Part shown: positions 1-10,800 of the stretch, one piece after another
Layout of the letters: each line of letters opens with the position of its first letter
How positions within the stretch are numbered: the first letter of the stretch is position 1
NCBI GenBank assembly: GCA_033764015.1
Contig: JANRJK010000046.1
Span: forward strand, 64,001-128,000
Direction of reading: 5' to 3'
Length of the DNA: 64,000 bases
Origin: Candidatus Sumerlaeia bacterium
GTDB taxonomy: Bacteria > Sumerlaeota > Sumerlaeia > SLMS01 > JANRJK01
Program-made: the position numbers and the translations under genes
Notes under the pieces: generated by a model
What the model was told of the DNA's origin: nothing
Database searches by the model: none
The model's input: the letters and a program-made list of their open reading frames with translations, nothing else

Positions 1-849
1 CCGAACGCCAACTACAACGTCGCCCAGCTCCTCTTCCGGCGCGGCGACAACACCGAGGGACGCCGCCACCTGGAGCTCGAACTCGAGGTCGACCCGGACA
101 GCTACGAGGTGCTCTGCCAGCTCGGCGAATTCGCCGCGGACCGCGAGGAGTACGACGAGGCGGAACGCCGCTTCACACGCGCCGTCGAAGTCGAGCCGGA
201 GCTCACCCGCGGCCTCATCGGCCTCGCGAAGGTGATGCGCAGCAAGGCCCAGTACGCGCAGGGCATGGAGCTGATCGAGAAGGTGCTCGAGAAGGAGCCC
301 GGGAACTTCGACGCCACCTACGAAATGGGGCGGCTCCTGCGCGCGCAGGAGAACTTCGACCGCGCCGCGGAGGCCTTCACCCGCACGCTCGACCTGCTCG
401 AAGGGCAGGAGGACCGCACCAGCGAGGAGATGCGCAAGCGCCGCGCCGACGCGCTCATCGGACGCGGCGAGGCGCGCCTCCTCACCACCGGCCCCGCCAC
501 CGCCAACAGCGACTTCAACGCCGCCCTCACCTCCATCCCCGACTACCCCATGGCCTACTACAACATCGGCCAGGCCTATAAGGCCAAGTTCACGCTCAGC
601 GTCGCGAAGAACGTAGAGGACCTCGCCGAGGCCGAGCGCAACCTCGCCAAGGCCCACGAGATCGAACCCGCGAACCCCACCTACGTCCTCGCCCTCGGCA
701 TCCTCTACCACCAGGCCCTCGGCCCCGCGGACCCCAACAACAAGGCCGCGCACTTCGCCAACGCCCGCCGCTACTTCGAGGAGTACATCCGCATGGGCGG
801 CGCCGACGCCAACACGGTCCGCCAGTGGATACAGGACCTCGGCGCCTGA
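1..849 (+). CDS. Tetratricopeptide-repeat protein (5' end outside the window)
   Basis: Frame 1 is open from base 1 to TGA at 847-849. Repeated TPR-like helices (e.g. ATYEMGRLLRAQENFDRAAEAF, AYYNIGQAY). Confidence 0.85.
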   Translation, partial: PNANYNVAQLLFRRGDNTEGRRHLELELEVDPDSYEVLCQLGEFAADREEYDEAERRFTRAVEVEPELTRGLIGLAKVMRSKAQYAQGMELIEKVLEKEPGNFDATYEMGRLLRAQENFDRAAEAFTRTLDLLEGQEDRTSEEMRKRRADALIGRGEARLLTTGPATANSDFNAALTSIPDYPMAYYNIGQAYKAKFTLSVAKNVEDLAEAERNLAKAHEIEPANPTYVLALGILYHQALGPADPNNKAAHFANARRYFEEYIRMGGADANTVRQWIQDLGA

Positions 850-1736
850 ACCGCGCCGCGCTCGCCGCCGCCGCCTGCCTAGCCCTCGCCGCCTGCGGCG
901 GGCGCAAGTACCCGGCGTACTCGCCCCACGAGAACATCCTCTCCATCGCCACCGAGTTCCAGCTCCTCGCCGCCCAGGACCCCTACTACGATCCCCCCGC
1001 CCGCGACCTCGCCGGGCAGACGCTCGCGCGCGCCACGCTGGTCCGCCTCGAGAACTACCAGGAACTCCACCCGGAGCGCTTCGCCCCCGAAATAGACATG
1101 CTCCGCGCCCGCGCCCTCGAATGGCTCGGCGACCTCGCCGCCGCGGAGCGCATCTACGACGAACTGGCCTCCACCCCCGGCGAGCTGCGCGACACCGCCC
1201 GCTCGCGCCTCGCCGCGCTCCGCCGCGTCACCCAGGCCCCCGGCGCCCCCGACCGCGCGGACGAGCTCCTCGCGCGCCTCGAGCAGCTCGCCGCCGAATC
1301 GCGCGCCTACGCCGACCTCACGCTCGATTCGCAGGACCCCTTCTACGCCTCCCTCGCGCGCCGAGAGTGGGAGAACGCCGACGTGCGCCGCGCGGAACTC
1401 ATCGCCGCCAACGTCCTGCTCCTGCCCAACGGCGAGGAGCTCGCCCGCTCCGCCCTCGACGAACTGGTCCGCACCCACCAGAACAGCGCCCGCGCCCTCG
1501 AACACGCGCTCCGCCTCGGCGACTTCCACGCCGACATGGCCCGCCTCGAACTCCGCCTCAACCCCCCCGGCCAGGCCTTCTTCGACCGCGCGCGCTTCCA
1601 GCGCCACTACGAAGCCGCCGCCGACCTCTACTACCGCGTCTCGCAAGCCGACGGCCGCCCCGAACGCCTCGTCGCGAAACACCGTCTCGACGCCCTGCTC
1701 GCGCTCGGCACGCTGGTGTCGCAGCGGGCGGACTAG
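825..1736 (+). CDS. Putative lipoprotein, helical/TPR-like
   Basis: Hydrophobic N-terminus with lipobox LAA-C-GG; overlaps the stop of the upstream gene. Start uncertain (GTG 825 or CTG 846). Confidence 0.65.
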   Translation: MDTGPRRLNRAALAAAACLALAACGGRKYPAYSPHENILSIATEFQLLAAQDPYYDPPARDLAGQTLARATLVRLENYQELHPERFAPEIDMLRARALEWLGDLAAAERIYDELASTPGELRDTARSRLAALRRVTQAPGAPDRADELLARLEQLAAESRAYADLTLDSQDPFYASLARREWENADVRRAELIAANVLLLPNGEELARSALDELVRTHQNSARALEHALRLGDFHADMARLELRLNPPGQAFFDRARFQRHYEAAADLYYRVSQADGRPERLVAKHRLDALLALGTLVSQRAD

Positions 1737-1967
1737 CGGCCGCGGCGCGCCGAACCGGGATCGCGCGCCGCCCCGGGCAGCCCCCTAAGATCGACATTGC
1801 CACGCTCGGCATCGACTCGACGCTCAAACTCAAGGTCGGCGGGGATATCGTGAGCGGCCGGCCCCTAGGGCCGCCGAGGCAATGCTGGACCGCGCCGCTC
1901 CGGTGGATCGCTTCGCATCTTGAACTAGCTAGTCTGGGCCGTTTCCCGCAACTACCCCCCCATCGAG

Positions 1968-2867
1968 GTGGACCCCTTGGGCGAATCACGTCAGCGGGTG
2001 GCGCTCGTCACCTGCAGCAAGCTGCCGGACCTCTACGAAGACGACCTGCTGCTGGTGAAGGCGCTCGCGGACCTCGGGATCGCCTCCTCGCCCGCGGTGT
2101 GGGACGACCACGGCATCGATTGGAACTCCTTCGACGCCATCGTGATCCGATCCCCATGGGACTACTTCGAGCGCGTGGCCGAGTTCCGAGCCTGGCTCGA
2201 CGCCCGCGCCGCCGGGCACGTCCCCCTGTGCAATCCGCTCGCGACACTCTCCTGGAACTTCGACAAGGGCTACCTGACGGACCTTGAGCGCGCCGGGGTC
2301 CCGATCGTGCCGACCGTTCGGATCGCGAAGGGGGAGAACGAGGACATCGCGAAGCTGGCGGGCGACCGCGGCTGGAGCGACATCATCGTCAAACCCACCA
2401 TCTCCGGAGGTGCATACCGCCTCCATCGCTTCCGCATCGAGGAGATCGACCTCCACAGGGCGGAGATCGCCCGGACGCTCGATGTGTGCGGCGTCCTGGT
2501 GCAGCCCTTCCTCCCCGAAATCCAGACCAGCGGCGAACTCTCGCTCCTCTTCTTCGGCGGCGCCTACAGCCACGCCGTCCGCAAGCGTCCCAAGCCCGGC
2601 GATTTCCGCGTCCAGTTCTCCTTCGGCGGCACCAGCGAGATCGTGGAGGTTGACAGCGGCCTCGTTGCGCAGGCTGCCAGGTGCATCGCGCACGCACCGA
2701 CGCCGCTGGCCTACGCTCGCGTGGACGGCGTGGTGAGCGACGGACAGTTCCTCCTCATGGAGCTCGAGGTGTTCGAGCCCCTGATGTTCCTGTCGCGGCA
2801 CCCTGGGGCCCCCGCGCGCTTCGCCCGCGCGATCCAAGACGTCCTCGCCCCCGCCCGCCCAGCCTAA
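1968..2867 (+). CDS. ATP-grasp ligase (RimK/glutathione synthetase-like, DcsG-like)
   Basis: VIRSPWDY, WNFDKGYL, IVKPTISGGA, LVQPFL, YARVDGV and LMELEVFEP motifs fit the ATP-grasp fold. Confidence 0.8.
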   Translation: MDPLGESRQRVALVTCSKLPDLYEDDLLLVKALADLGIASSPAVWDDHGIDWNSFDAIVIRSPWDYFERVAEFRAWLDARAAGHVPLCNPLATLSWNFDKGYLTDLERAGVPIVPTVRIAKGENEDIAKLAGDRGWSDIIVKPTISGGAYRLHRFRIEEIDLHRAEIARTLDVCGVLVQPFLPEIQTSGELSLLFFGGAYSHAVRKRPKPGDFRVQFSFGGTSEIVEVDSGLVAQAARCIAHAPTPLAYARVDGVVSDGQFLLMELEVFEPLMFLSRHPGAPARFARAIQDVLAPARPA

Positions 2868-2921
2868 CCTCCCGCGCGCTTGATCTTGCTTCCCGACACA
2901 GGACCCCAAGAAACTGCCGGC

Positions 2922-5900
2922 ATGGAGAGCGCCACGCCCCTGAACGATCTGCCTCCGCCGACCGAGACCGCGTCGGTGGTCGATTGCTCGTGGGTGCCGG
3001 ACGACATCGAGGCGTCCTACGACCCGAGCCGCGCGGGCATCCAGTCCTACACGCCGTCGCAGGCGCCGGCCGCCGCCGCGCAGGACCCGGAGACGGCGTT
3101 CATCCCGCCCGGGAGGCAGCCGCGCTGGAGCGGCGAGCCCGGGCGGGCGCGCTTCGAACTGCGCGCGCCGCTCGCGCGCGGCGGCTGCGGCGAAGTGTGG
3201 GAGGCGCTCCAGGTCCCGCTCCACCGGCGCGTCGCCGTCAAGCGGCTCCGCGAGGACATCGTCAAGGCCGTCGAGGGCACCAGCCGCGCCGTCACGCTCG
3301 ACTTCGCCTTCCGCCAGGAGGCCTTCGTCTCCGCCGCCCTCGAGCATCCCAACATCGTGCCCGTCTACGACCTCGGCGCCGACGCGGAGGGGCGCCCGCT
3401 GCTCGCCATGAAGAAGGTCGAGGGGCGCTCCTGGCGCGAGCTGCTCCGCGACGACTTCTTCCAGCTTCCCGAGGAGGAGTACTACGCCAGGCACATCCCG
3501 ATCCTGATGCAGGTGTCCCTCGCCGTCGCCTACGCGCATTCCCGCGGCGTGGTGCACCGCGACCTGAAGCCCTCGCAGGTGATGGTCGGAGACTTCGGCG
3601 AAGTGCTCCTGATGGACTGGGGGCTTTCGCTCGTGTTCCGCGAGGAGGAGTTCCAGGACGAGTCGGAGCGGCAGGTGCCGCTGCCGACGCGGGAGTTCTC
3701 GATCAACCCCGCCGGCACCCCCGCGTTCATGGCGCCGGAGCAGACCACCGCCAGCGCCGACGGCATCGGCCCCTGGACCGATGTGTACCTGCTGGGCGGG
3801 ATGCTCTACTTCCTGCTCGCGCTGCACGCGCCGCACGCGCACGCCGACAAGACGGAGACGCTGCGCCTCGCCCGCGCCGGCGTGGTGCCCAACCCCTCGG
3901 AGCGCGCGCCGCACCGCTTCATCCCGCCCGAGCTGGAGCGCCTCGTCGCCGACGCCACCGCGCCGCGCCGCGAGGACCGCATCGCGCACGCGGAGCAGTT
4001 CCACGCGCGCCTCGCCGAGTTCCTCGGCGGCACCGCCCGCCGCAAGGAGTCGCTCGACCTCACCGCGCAGGTCGAGGAGGCGCTCCGGACGGCCCCGGCG
4101 GACTACGAGGCGCTCGCCGCCCTCTCCGCCACGAACGACCGGGCGGCGATCCTTTGGCCCGCGAACCCGCGGGCGCGCGAGCTCCGCCAGCGCGTCTCGA
4201 AGCGCATCTGCGACGTGGCGCTCGAACGCGGCGACCTCAGCCTCGCCGCCACCAGCGCGCTCCGCCTGGACGAGGGGCGCGCGGAATACCGCCTCCGGGT
4301 GGCGGACGCGCGCGAGCGCATGGAGCGCGAGGAGCGCCAGCGCCGCACCGCGCTCGCAGCCTCCGCCGTGCTGGTCGCCGCGGTGGTCCTGCTCATCTCC
4401 GTCTTCAGCGTCTCCCTCGCCCGCGAAAAGTCCCGCGCCGAGGCCGCCCGCGACGAAGCCCGCGCGGCGTCGGAAATCGCCGACGCCGCCCGCGCCGACT
4501 CGGAACGGCTCCTCTCCTTCGCCCTCGGCGACCTGCGCGAACGGCTCGACGAGCTGGGCCGCCCGGACCTGCTCTCGGAAACCGCCCTCCGCGCGCTCGA
4601 GGTGTACCGCAAGCAGCCTTGGGACCGCCTCGACGAGGAGGGCCGGTTGCGGCTCGTGTCGGGGCTGATCGAGACCGCGGACGTCTTCGCGACCATCGGC
4701 AATGTCGCCAGCTCGGGCGAAACCGTGGCGCTGGTGGAGGAATACACGAAGCGCGGGCTCGCGGAGTACGCCTCCCCCCGCTGGAAGGTCGCCCGCGCCG
4801 AGACTCTCTCGGCCCGTGCCGAGGTCGAGTACCTGCGCGGCGACAGCGAAGCCGCCCGGGGCACCGCGGAGGCCGCCGCGGATCTGGGGCGGCGCGCGGC
4901 GAGCGAAGACCCGTCGCCCGCCAACCGCCGCGCCTTCGCCGACTTCCTCTCGCAGGCCGGCAACGCCCAGGCGGACCTCGACGACTCCGGCAAGTCCTTC
5001 CTCTACATCGACGAGGCCACGGCGGTACTTCGCGCGCTGGTCGCGGACGGGGAGGACGCATCGGTCGAGCTTGCGGAAGTCCTGGTGGACCGCGGCCGCC
5101 TGCGCATGACGAGCGGAAAGTACGGCGAGGCCGAAGCGAACTACGCGGAGGCGCTCGCGCTGCTGCCGGCGGACGTCGATCCCGCGCGGGACGCGCACGC
5201 CGCGGCGGCCCTCGCCGGCATCCACGGCCACACCGGATGGCTCGCCTCGCTGAGGGGGGACCTCGCCACGGCGCTGTCGGACTACGAGAAGTCCCACGCG
5301 CTCTGGGCGACGCTCCACTCCCACGCGCCGGCGAACACCTACTACGCCTACCGCGCCGGCCGAGCCATCGGCGAGGTGGCCGAAACGCTCTTCACCCTTG
5401 GGCGCCTGCGCGAGTCGCGCCAGCGCTTCCTCGAACGGCTCGCCCTCACCCGCCAGTCCGCGGCCCTCGATCCCGAGGCGGGAGGGTACGCCGCGGACAT
5501 CCGGAGCCAGCTTTCATTCCTCGCCGTGCTCGACGGGCGGCTTGGCGACGCCGCCTCGCGCCGCACCCACCTCGAAGCCGCCGCCGCCATGGCGCTCGAT
5601 GCCCGCGAAGCTGCCAACGACAGCGACGAATGGCGGCTCGACTACGCCGAAGCCTGCCTCGACCTCGCCCGCCTCGACGCCGAGGAGGACCGCTTCGAGA
5701 GCGCCACCGCGCTCGCGGACGGCGCCGAGGCGCTCCTGCTCGAGGTAGACACCGCGGCCGCGCCGAACCTGCTTCCGATGGTCGCCACCGGGTTGGCGGA
5801 GGCGGACTGGGTCCGCGGCATGGCCTCGCGCGACGTCGAGGAGAACCTCCGTTTCTCCCGCGCCGCCCTCGGCCGGTTCTCGATCGCCGAGGATGCCGGC

Positions 5901-6509
5901 GCGAGCCCCCAGACCTGGCTGCTTCCCTACCTGTACCGGATGGCCGCCCTCGCGGACCGGCTAGCCTTCCTCGACCGCCCGGAGGAGGCGGAGACCCACT
6001 ACCGCGAGGCGCTCCGCCGCGCCGCGGAGTTCGTCGAAAATGGCACCTGGCGCGTCCCCACCAGCGAGTTCGTCGCCTCCACCAGCCTCTCCCTCGCGGA
6101 GCTCCAGCTCCGCCGGCGCGACCCCTCCGCGGCCAGCGCCGGACTGGCCGACGCCCGCGCGGCGGTCATCGAACTGGCCGACGCGATACCCGACGAGGAA
6201 CTCCTCGCGCTCGAGGCGCGCGGAGCCCACCTCGAGGCCCGCCTCCGCGCGCTGATGGGCGACGCCACCGGAGCCGCCGCGGCGTTCGAAGAGGCCGCGG
6301 TCGAGATCGACACCATGCTCGCCGCAACCGAGTCGCCGCTATCCGCGCAGGAACCGCTCCTGCTCCGCGCCGCCGCATGGACGTACCACGCCACCGGGCG
6401 CCACGACCGGCGCGACGAGGCGCTCGCCGCGCTCAACGGATCATGGGCCTACGACGACGAGCTCCGCGCCTACCTGGCGGCGGAGCCGGAAGCTCCGCCG
6501 GACCGCTGA
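2922..6509 (+). CDS. Membrane Ser/Thr protein kinase with C-terminal TPR-like region
   Basis: RGGCGEVW, VAVK, HPNIVPVYD, HRDLKPSQ, DWG, GTPAFMAPEQ; TM segment LAASAVLVAAVVLLISVFSVSL; helical repeats follow. ATG at 2922 chosen as start. Confidence 0.9.
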   Translation: MESATPLNDLPPPTETASVVDCSWVPDDIEASYDPSRAGIQSYTPSQAPAAAAQDPETAFIPPGRQPRWSGEPGRARFELRAPLARGGCGEVWEALQVPLHRRVAVKRLREDIVKAVEGTSRAVTLDFAFRQEAFVSAALEHPNIVPVYDLGADAEGRPLLAMKKVEGRSWRELLRDDFFQLPEEEYYARHIPILMQVSLAVAYAHSRGVVHRDLKPSQVMVGDFGEVLLMDWGLSLVFREEEFQDESERQVPLPTREFSINPAGTPAFMAPEQTTASADGIGPWTDVYLLGGMLYFLLALHAPHAHADKTETLRLARAGVVPNPSERAPHRFIPPELERLVADATAPRREDRIAHAEQFHARLAEFLGGTARRKESLDLTAQVEEALRTAPADYEALAALSATNDRAAILWPANPRARELRQRVSKRICDVALERGDLSLAATSALRLDEGRAEYRLRVADARERMEREERQRRTALAASAVLVAAVVLLISVFSVSLAREKSRAEAARDEARAASEIADAARADSERLLSFALGDLRERLDELGRPDLLSETALRALEVYRKQPWDRLDEEGRLRLVSGLIETADVFATIGNVASSGETVALVEEYTKRGLAEYASPRWKVARAETLSARAEVEYLRGDSEAARGTAEAAADLGRRAASEDPSPANRRAFADFLSQAGNAQADLDDSGKSFLYIDEATAVLRALVADGEDASVELAEVLVDRGRLRMTSGKYGEAEANYAEALALLPADVDPARDAHAAAALAGIHGHTGWLASLRGDLATALSDYEKSHALWATLHSHAPANTYYAYRAGRAIGEVAETLFTLGRLRESRQRFLERLALTRQSAALDPEAGGYAADIRSQLSFLAVLDGRLGDAASRRTHLEAAAAMALDAREAANDSDEWRLDYAEACLDLARLDAEEDRFESATALADGAEALLLEVDTAAAPNLLPMVATGLAEADWVRGMASRDVEENLRFSRAALGRFSIAEDAGASPQTWLLPYLYRMAALADRLAFLDRPEEAETHYREALRRAAEFVENGTWRVPTSEFVASTSLSLAELQLRRRDPSAASAGLADARAAVIELADAIPDEELLALEARGAHLEARLRALMGDATGAAAAFEEAAVEIDTMLAATESPLSAQEPLLLRAAAWTYHATGRHDRRDEALAALNGSWAYDDELRAYLAAEPEAPPDR

Positions 6510-6520
6510 CGCGCCGCGGG

Positions 6521-7573
6521 CTACTTGCCCTGGCTTTCGATCTCGAGGATGTAGCCGCCCACGCGCTCCAGCAGCCGCACGTGCTTCAGCGCGAACTTCC
6601 GCTTCACCTTGCGCGTGTCGAAGTACAGCACGCCCTTGCGCTTGTTCTGCACCAGCAGCGGCGTCGCGATGTAGGAGACGACGTTCAGCTTCATCATCGA
6701 CGCGCTCGCGTCCATCGCGGGGCCGCCGCCGACGCCGACGTTCGACAGCGACTTGCGCGTCATGTACGCCTTGTTCGCCACCGTCAGGGGCACCGGGTGC
6801 TCCTTCTCGTAGGTGGTCCACTGGCTGGCGTCGCCGATCCAGGACTTGATCACCCAGCGGTTGCGCTCCCCGTCCGCCACCATCACGAAGCCGTTGTCCG
6901 CGTCGAGCGCCGCCTTCAACTGCCTGAGCACCACCTGGTACAGCGCGGCCTCTTCGCTCCCGCGCGCCTTCGCCAGCTCGCCCAGGATCCCCGCCAGCGT
7001 CTCCGCCACCCACAGCGTGTCGTCCGGCGTCATCATCTCCGGCGACGTCGCCGGCGTGCTGCTCATGTCGACCCCGGGGATCGGCTCGAAGGCGTTCGGC
7101 ATCGAGGCGTTCTCCACCCCGACCTCCTTCTCGGGCGCCGTCACGCCCTTCGCCTGGCCGATGAAGGTTGGGATGTGCACACCCTCGTCCGGACGCGGGT
7201 GGTCGATCGCCTGGCGCAGCGCCTCCTCGTGGACCTTGAAATCGTAGCGCGTCTCCCACGGGTCCGCGTGCTTGTTCGCGTCCGCGTTCAGGAAGACCAC
7301 CTCGCACTGGCCGAACTTCAGGATGTCGCCGTCCTTCAGCTTGTGCTCCGTGAACTTGCGGCCGTTCACCAGGCTCCCGTTCGAACTCCCGAGGTCGCGC
7401 ACCACCCAGTCGCCCATCTCGTAGGTGATCTCCGCGTGCCGGGACGAGATCGAACGGTCCTGCAACGCGACGACGTTGTCCGAGGAGCGTCCGATGGTGG
7501 TGAGGCGCCCGATTTCGAGCGTGACGTTGAAGGCCCAGATGCCGGGGCCGTCCACAAGAAGCTTGGTCGCCAT
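6521..7573 (-). CDS. FHA domain + GAF domain protein
   Basis: FHA motifs IGRS, ISSRHA, DLGSSNGS, LKDGDILKFG; GAF-like C-terminus SYIATPLL...GVLYFD...F. Start ATG 7573 (MATKLL); an upstream extension is possible. Confidence 0.85.
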   Translation of the reverse strand: MATKLLVDGPGIWAFNVTLEIGRLTTIGRSSDNVVALQDRSISSRHAEITYEMGDWVVRDLGSSNGSLVNGRKFTEHKLKDGDILKFGQCEVVFLNADANKHADPWETRYDFKVHEEALRQAIDHPRPDEGVHIPTFIGQAKGVTAPEKEVGVENASMPNAFEPIPGVDMSSTPATSPEMMTPDDTLWVAETLAGILGELAKARGSEEAALYQVVLRQLKAALDADNGFVMVADGERNRWVIKSWIGDASQWTTYEKEHPVPLTVANKAYMTRKSLSNVGVGGGPAMDASASMMKLNVVSYIATPLLVQNKRKGVLYFDTRKVKRKFALKHVRLLERVGGYILEIESQGK

Positions 7574-7854
7574 GGGCGCGGGAAACTCCGGGTCGGGGAT
7601 TAGCGGCGCGCTCGCGCCGGAAGGAAGCTCGGGGGGGGTCCTTCGCCGCCGCGGAACGGGCGGCGGCGAAGGACCGGCTTGTAGGCTGGTTGGCCGTCTC
7701 CGGGGGGTCAAGGGGCCAGCCCGAACCCCCGCCGAACCGCGTGGAGCCGCCCGTCGCCGGTAACTCCTTGCCAGTCCGCCACGCCCGCGACAGCATGCCC
7801 CGCGGAAATCGCTCCGCGAGGACCTATCCCTCCGCCCCCCGGAGGCCCGTCGGC

Positions 7855-10800
7855 ATGGACAACATCGAGAGGGCCCCCCCTTCTCTCGAAAACATCCCCG
7901 TCCCCGGGGACCTGCCGCACGATTCGCTGGTTTCCTACAACCCGCACAAGTCGCGCTTCACGCCGCGCGGCGGCACGGGCGACGGGCCCGAGACCGGCAT
8001 CGCGGAGCACTTGGAGACCGAGGCGATCCCGGCGCAAAGCCCCGTGCCGCAGTGGCCCGACGACGATTCGGCCGAGACGCACTCGCCGCCGCCGGACCTC
8101 CCGGTAGCGCCGGAAGTCGCGGAGCAACCCGGCGCGCCGCCGAAGTCCGCGCGGCGCCACCGCCTGGTGCGCCTGATCGGGCGCGGCGGCTGCGGCGAGG
8201 TGTGGGAGGCGGTGCAGATCGAGCTGGACCGCCCGGTCGCGGTGAAGACGCTCCGCGGCGACCGCATGGCCGAGTGCTCCTCGCCGGAGGAGCGCGCGAT
8301 CCTCGTGCGCAACTTCCGCGAGGAGGCGCTCGTCTCCGCCCGCCTCGACCATCCGAACATCGTGCCGGTGTACGACTACGGCACGGGGCAGGGCGCGTCG
8401 CCGGAGCTGTCCATGAAGCTGGTGCGCGGGCGCCAGTGGGACCGGCTGCTGAAGGAGGAGCGCCCGCAGCTTTCCTTCGACGATTTCCTCGCGCGCCACC
8501 TCCCCGTCCTGTCCGACGTGGCGAACGCGGTGGCCTTCGCCCACTCCCGAGGCATCGTGCACCGCGACATCAAGCCGTCGCAGGTGATGGTGGGCGACTT
8601 CGGCGAAGTGCTCCTGATGGACTGGGGCCTCGCGATGGTGCTGAGCGACGACGGCGGGGCGGCCGCCGCGGTGGACGACGAGCAGCCCTCGTGGTTCTCG
8701 CTGCCGACGCGCGCGAACGCCAGCAGCCCCGCCGGCACGCCCGCCTACATGGCGCCGGAGCAGACCCGCGGGCAGGCCACCGGCGTCGGCGTCTGGACCG
8801 ACGTGTACCTGCTCGGCGGCTCCCTCTACTACGTCCTGACCGGCGTGGCGCCGCACGAGAGCGCCCAGTCGCACCAGGCCTTCATGCGCGCCGCGGTGGG
8901 CGACGTGGAGGACCCCCGCACGCTCTTCCCCCGCGCCGGCATCCCGGACGACCTCGCGGAGCTGGCGCTCGCGTCGCTCGCCGCGGATCCCGCCGCGCGG
9001 CTCGCCAGCGCCGAGGAGTTCGTCCGCCGGCTGGACGACTGGGTGAGCGGCGCGAGCCGCCGCCGAGAGTCGCAGCAGATCACGCGGCGGCTCGCCGGCG
9101 AAGCCGCCGCCATGCGCGGCACCTACTCCGCGCACGAGGCGTTCCTCAACGAGGCGCACCGCGCGGCGGGCCTCTGGCCCGCGAACCCGGAGACCCCGCC
9201 GCTCCGCCGCGAAGCCCTCGCCGCCTACGCGGAGCTCGCGCTCGGAAAGGGCGACCTGCTGCTAGCGCTCACGCAGGCGGAGCAGCTCGACGACGCGCTC
9301 GCGCAGGGCGACCTCTACCGGCGCATCGAGGCGGCGAAGCAGCAGCGGCTCCGCACCCGCCGCGCGCTCCGCTACTCCGTCGCGGCAGTCGCCATGCTGC
9401 TCGCGACGGTCCTCGTCGGCGGCGGCCTCTCGCTCCGCCGCATCAACCGCGAGCGCAACGAGGCGGTGACGCAGAAGAACATCGCGACGGGGGCGCTGAG
9501 CGCCGCGGAGACAGCCCGCGTCGAGGCCGAGCGCCAGCGCGCCAAGGCGGGCGACGAGCAGCTCTACGCGCAGATCCGCTACGCCACCTCGCTGGTCGAT
9601 GCGGGCCGCCACGAACTCGCCCGCGACGTCCTCTGGAGCATCCCCGAGGAAGCCCGCGACTGGGAGTGGGCCTACCTCCTCGACCGCTCGCACCAGACGC
9701 TCGCCGAGTTCCCGTTCCCGGTGACCGAGGTCAGCGCCGGAGGGAGCTACTTCTACTCGGACCTGGGCGACGGCACGGTGCGCGTGCGCGACACCATGGC
9801 GGGCGCGCTGGTGGCCGATCTGGACTGCGACACGACCTCCGTGATGATCCTCGCGGCCCCGGAGGACACGCACATCGACATCGTCGCCGGCACCCGGCTG
9901 TTGCGCTTCGCGCCGCCGGAGTGGAAGCGCCAGATCGTGGCGGAGCTCCCCGCCCCGCCGATGCACTCCCGCCGCACCTACGGCGACGGGAACATCGCGA
10001 TGCTGTACCCGGACGGCTCCGCGGCGGTGCACGAGGCGACTACCGGAAAGCTACGCTTTGCGACTCCGCCGGTGCCGTTGGAGCCGCTCGCCATCGACGG
10101 CGACGACCACTCGGACCGGCTCCTCGTGGCATACAAGACGTTCTTCCGCATCCACCGCCTGAGCGACGGTTCGGAGGAGACCTCGATCTCCGCGTGGACG
10201 AACGCGGTGTACAGCGCGGGGCTCTCCAACGAAGGGCACTCCATCGCGATCCAGTCCGGCGACGCGACGCAGCTCTACGACCTGGACAGGAACGCGCACT
10301 TCCAGACCTATCTCCTGGGCACGCGGATGCACACGCATCCCCGGGCGAACACCTTGATCATCGGCCCGATGCTCGCCTCCGCCCACAACGCCGAATGGCG
10401 CGGCCTGTTGCCCGTGGGGCGCGCGGAAGCAACACGCGCGAAGTACGTGCATCCCGCGTTCGCCTGCTACTGGGGAGGCGCAAATGGCGAGGCCGGCGTC
10501 ATCGCCGCGGACCTGCGGCAGGTCGCGGAGCTGCGCGGCTTCCCCGGCCAGGTGGCGAACATGTGGGCGACGATCACGGACATCCCCGAACGCGTCGACC
10601 GCGTGTTCTCGACGACGACCGACGGCTCCACGCAGGTGTGGCCGGGCACCCCGCTGAAGTCCATCGCCGACCTGCCCGGGCAGTGGAGCAGCTTCCGCGA
10701 GGACGGCCGCTTCGCGGTGTCCATCGGGACCTTCGACGCCCGCATCACGGACATCGAGAGCGGCTCGGCGTTCCGCCGCGTCGGCAGGCTCTTCAGCCTC

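Noticed and set aside
1737..1967. Protein-like fragment KIDIATLGIDSTLKLKVGGDIV in an intergenic gap
   Set aside because: Too short, with no start or stop context, to support a gene or pseudogene call.
2681..7603. Very long alternative-frame ORFs (e.g. 1640 aa here; also 8052-12224, 1986-5324, 19000-21579, 44215-47460)
   Set aside because: Arg/Pro/Gly/Ala-rich or antisense shadows of real genes, caused by stop-codon scarcity at high GC; no domain motifs.
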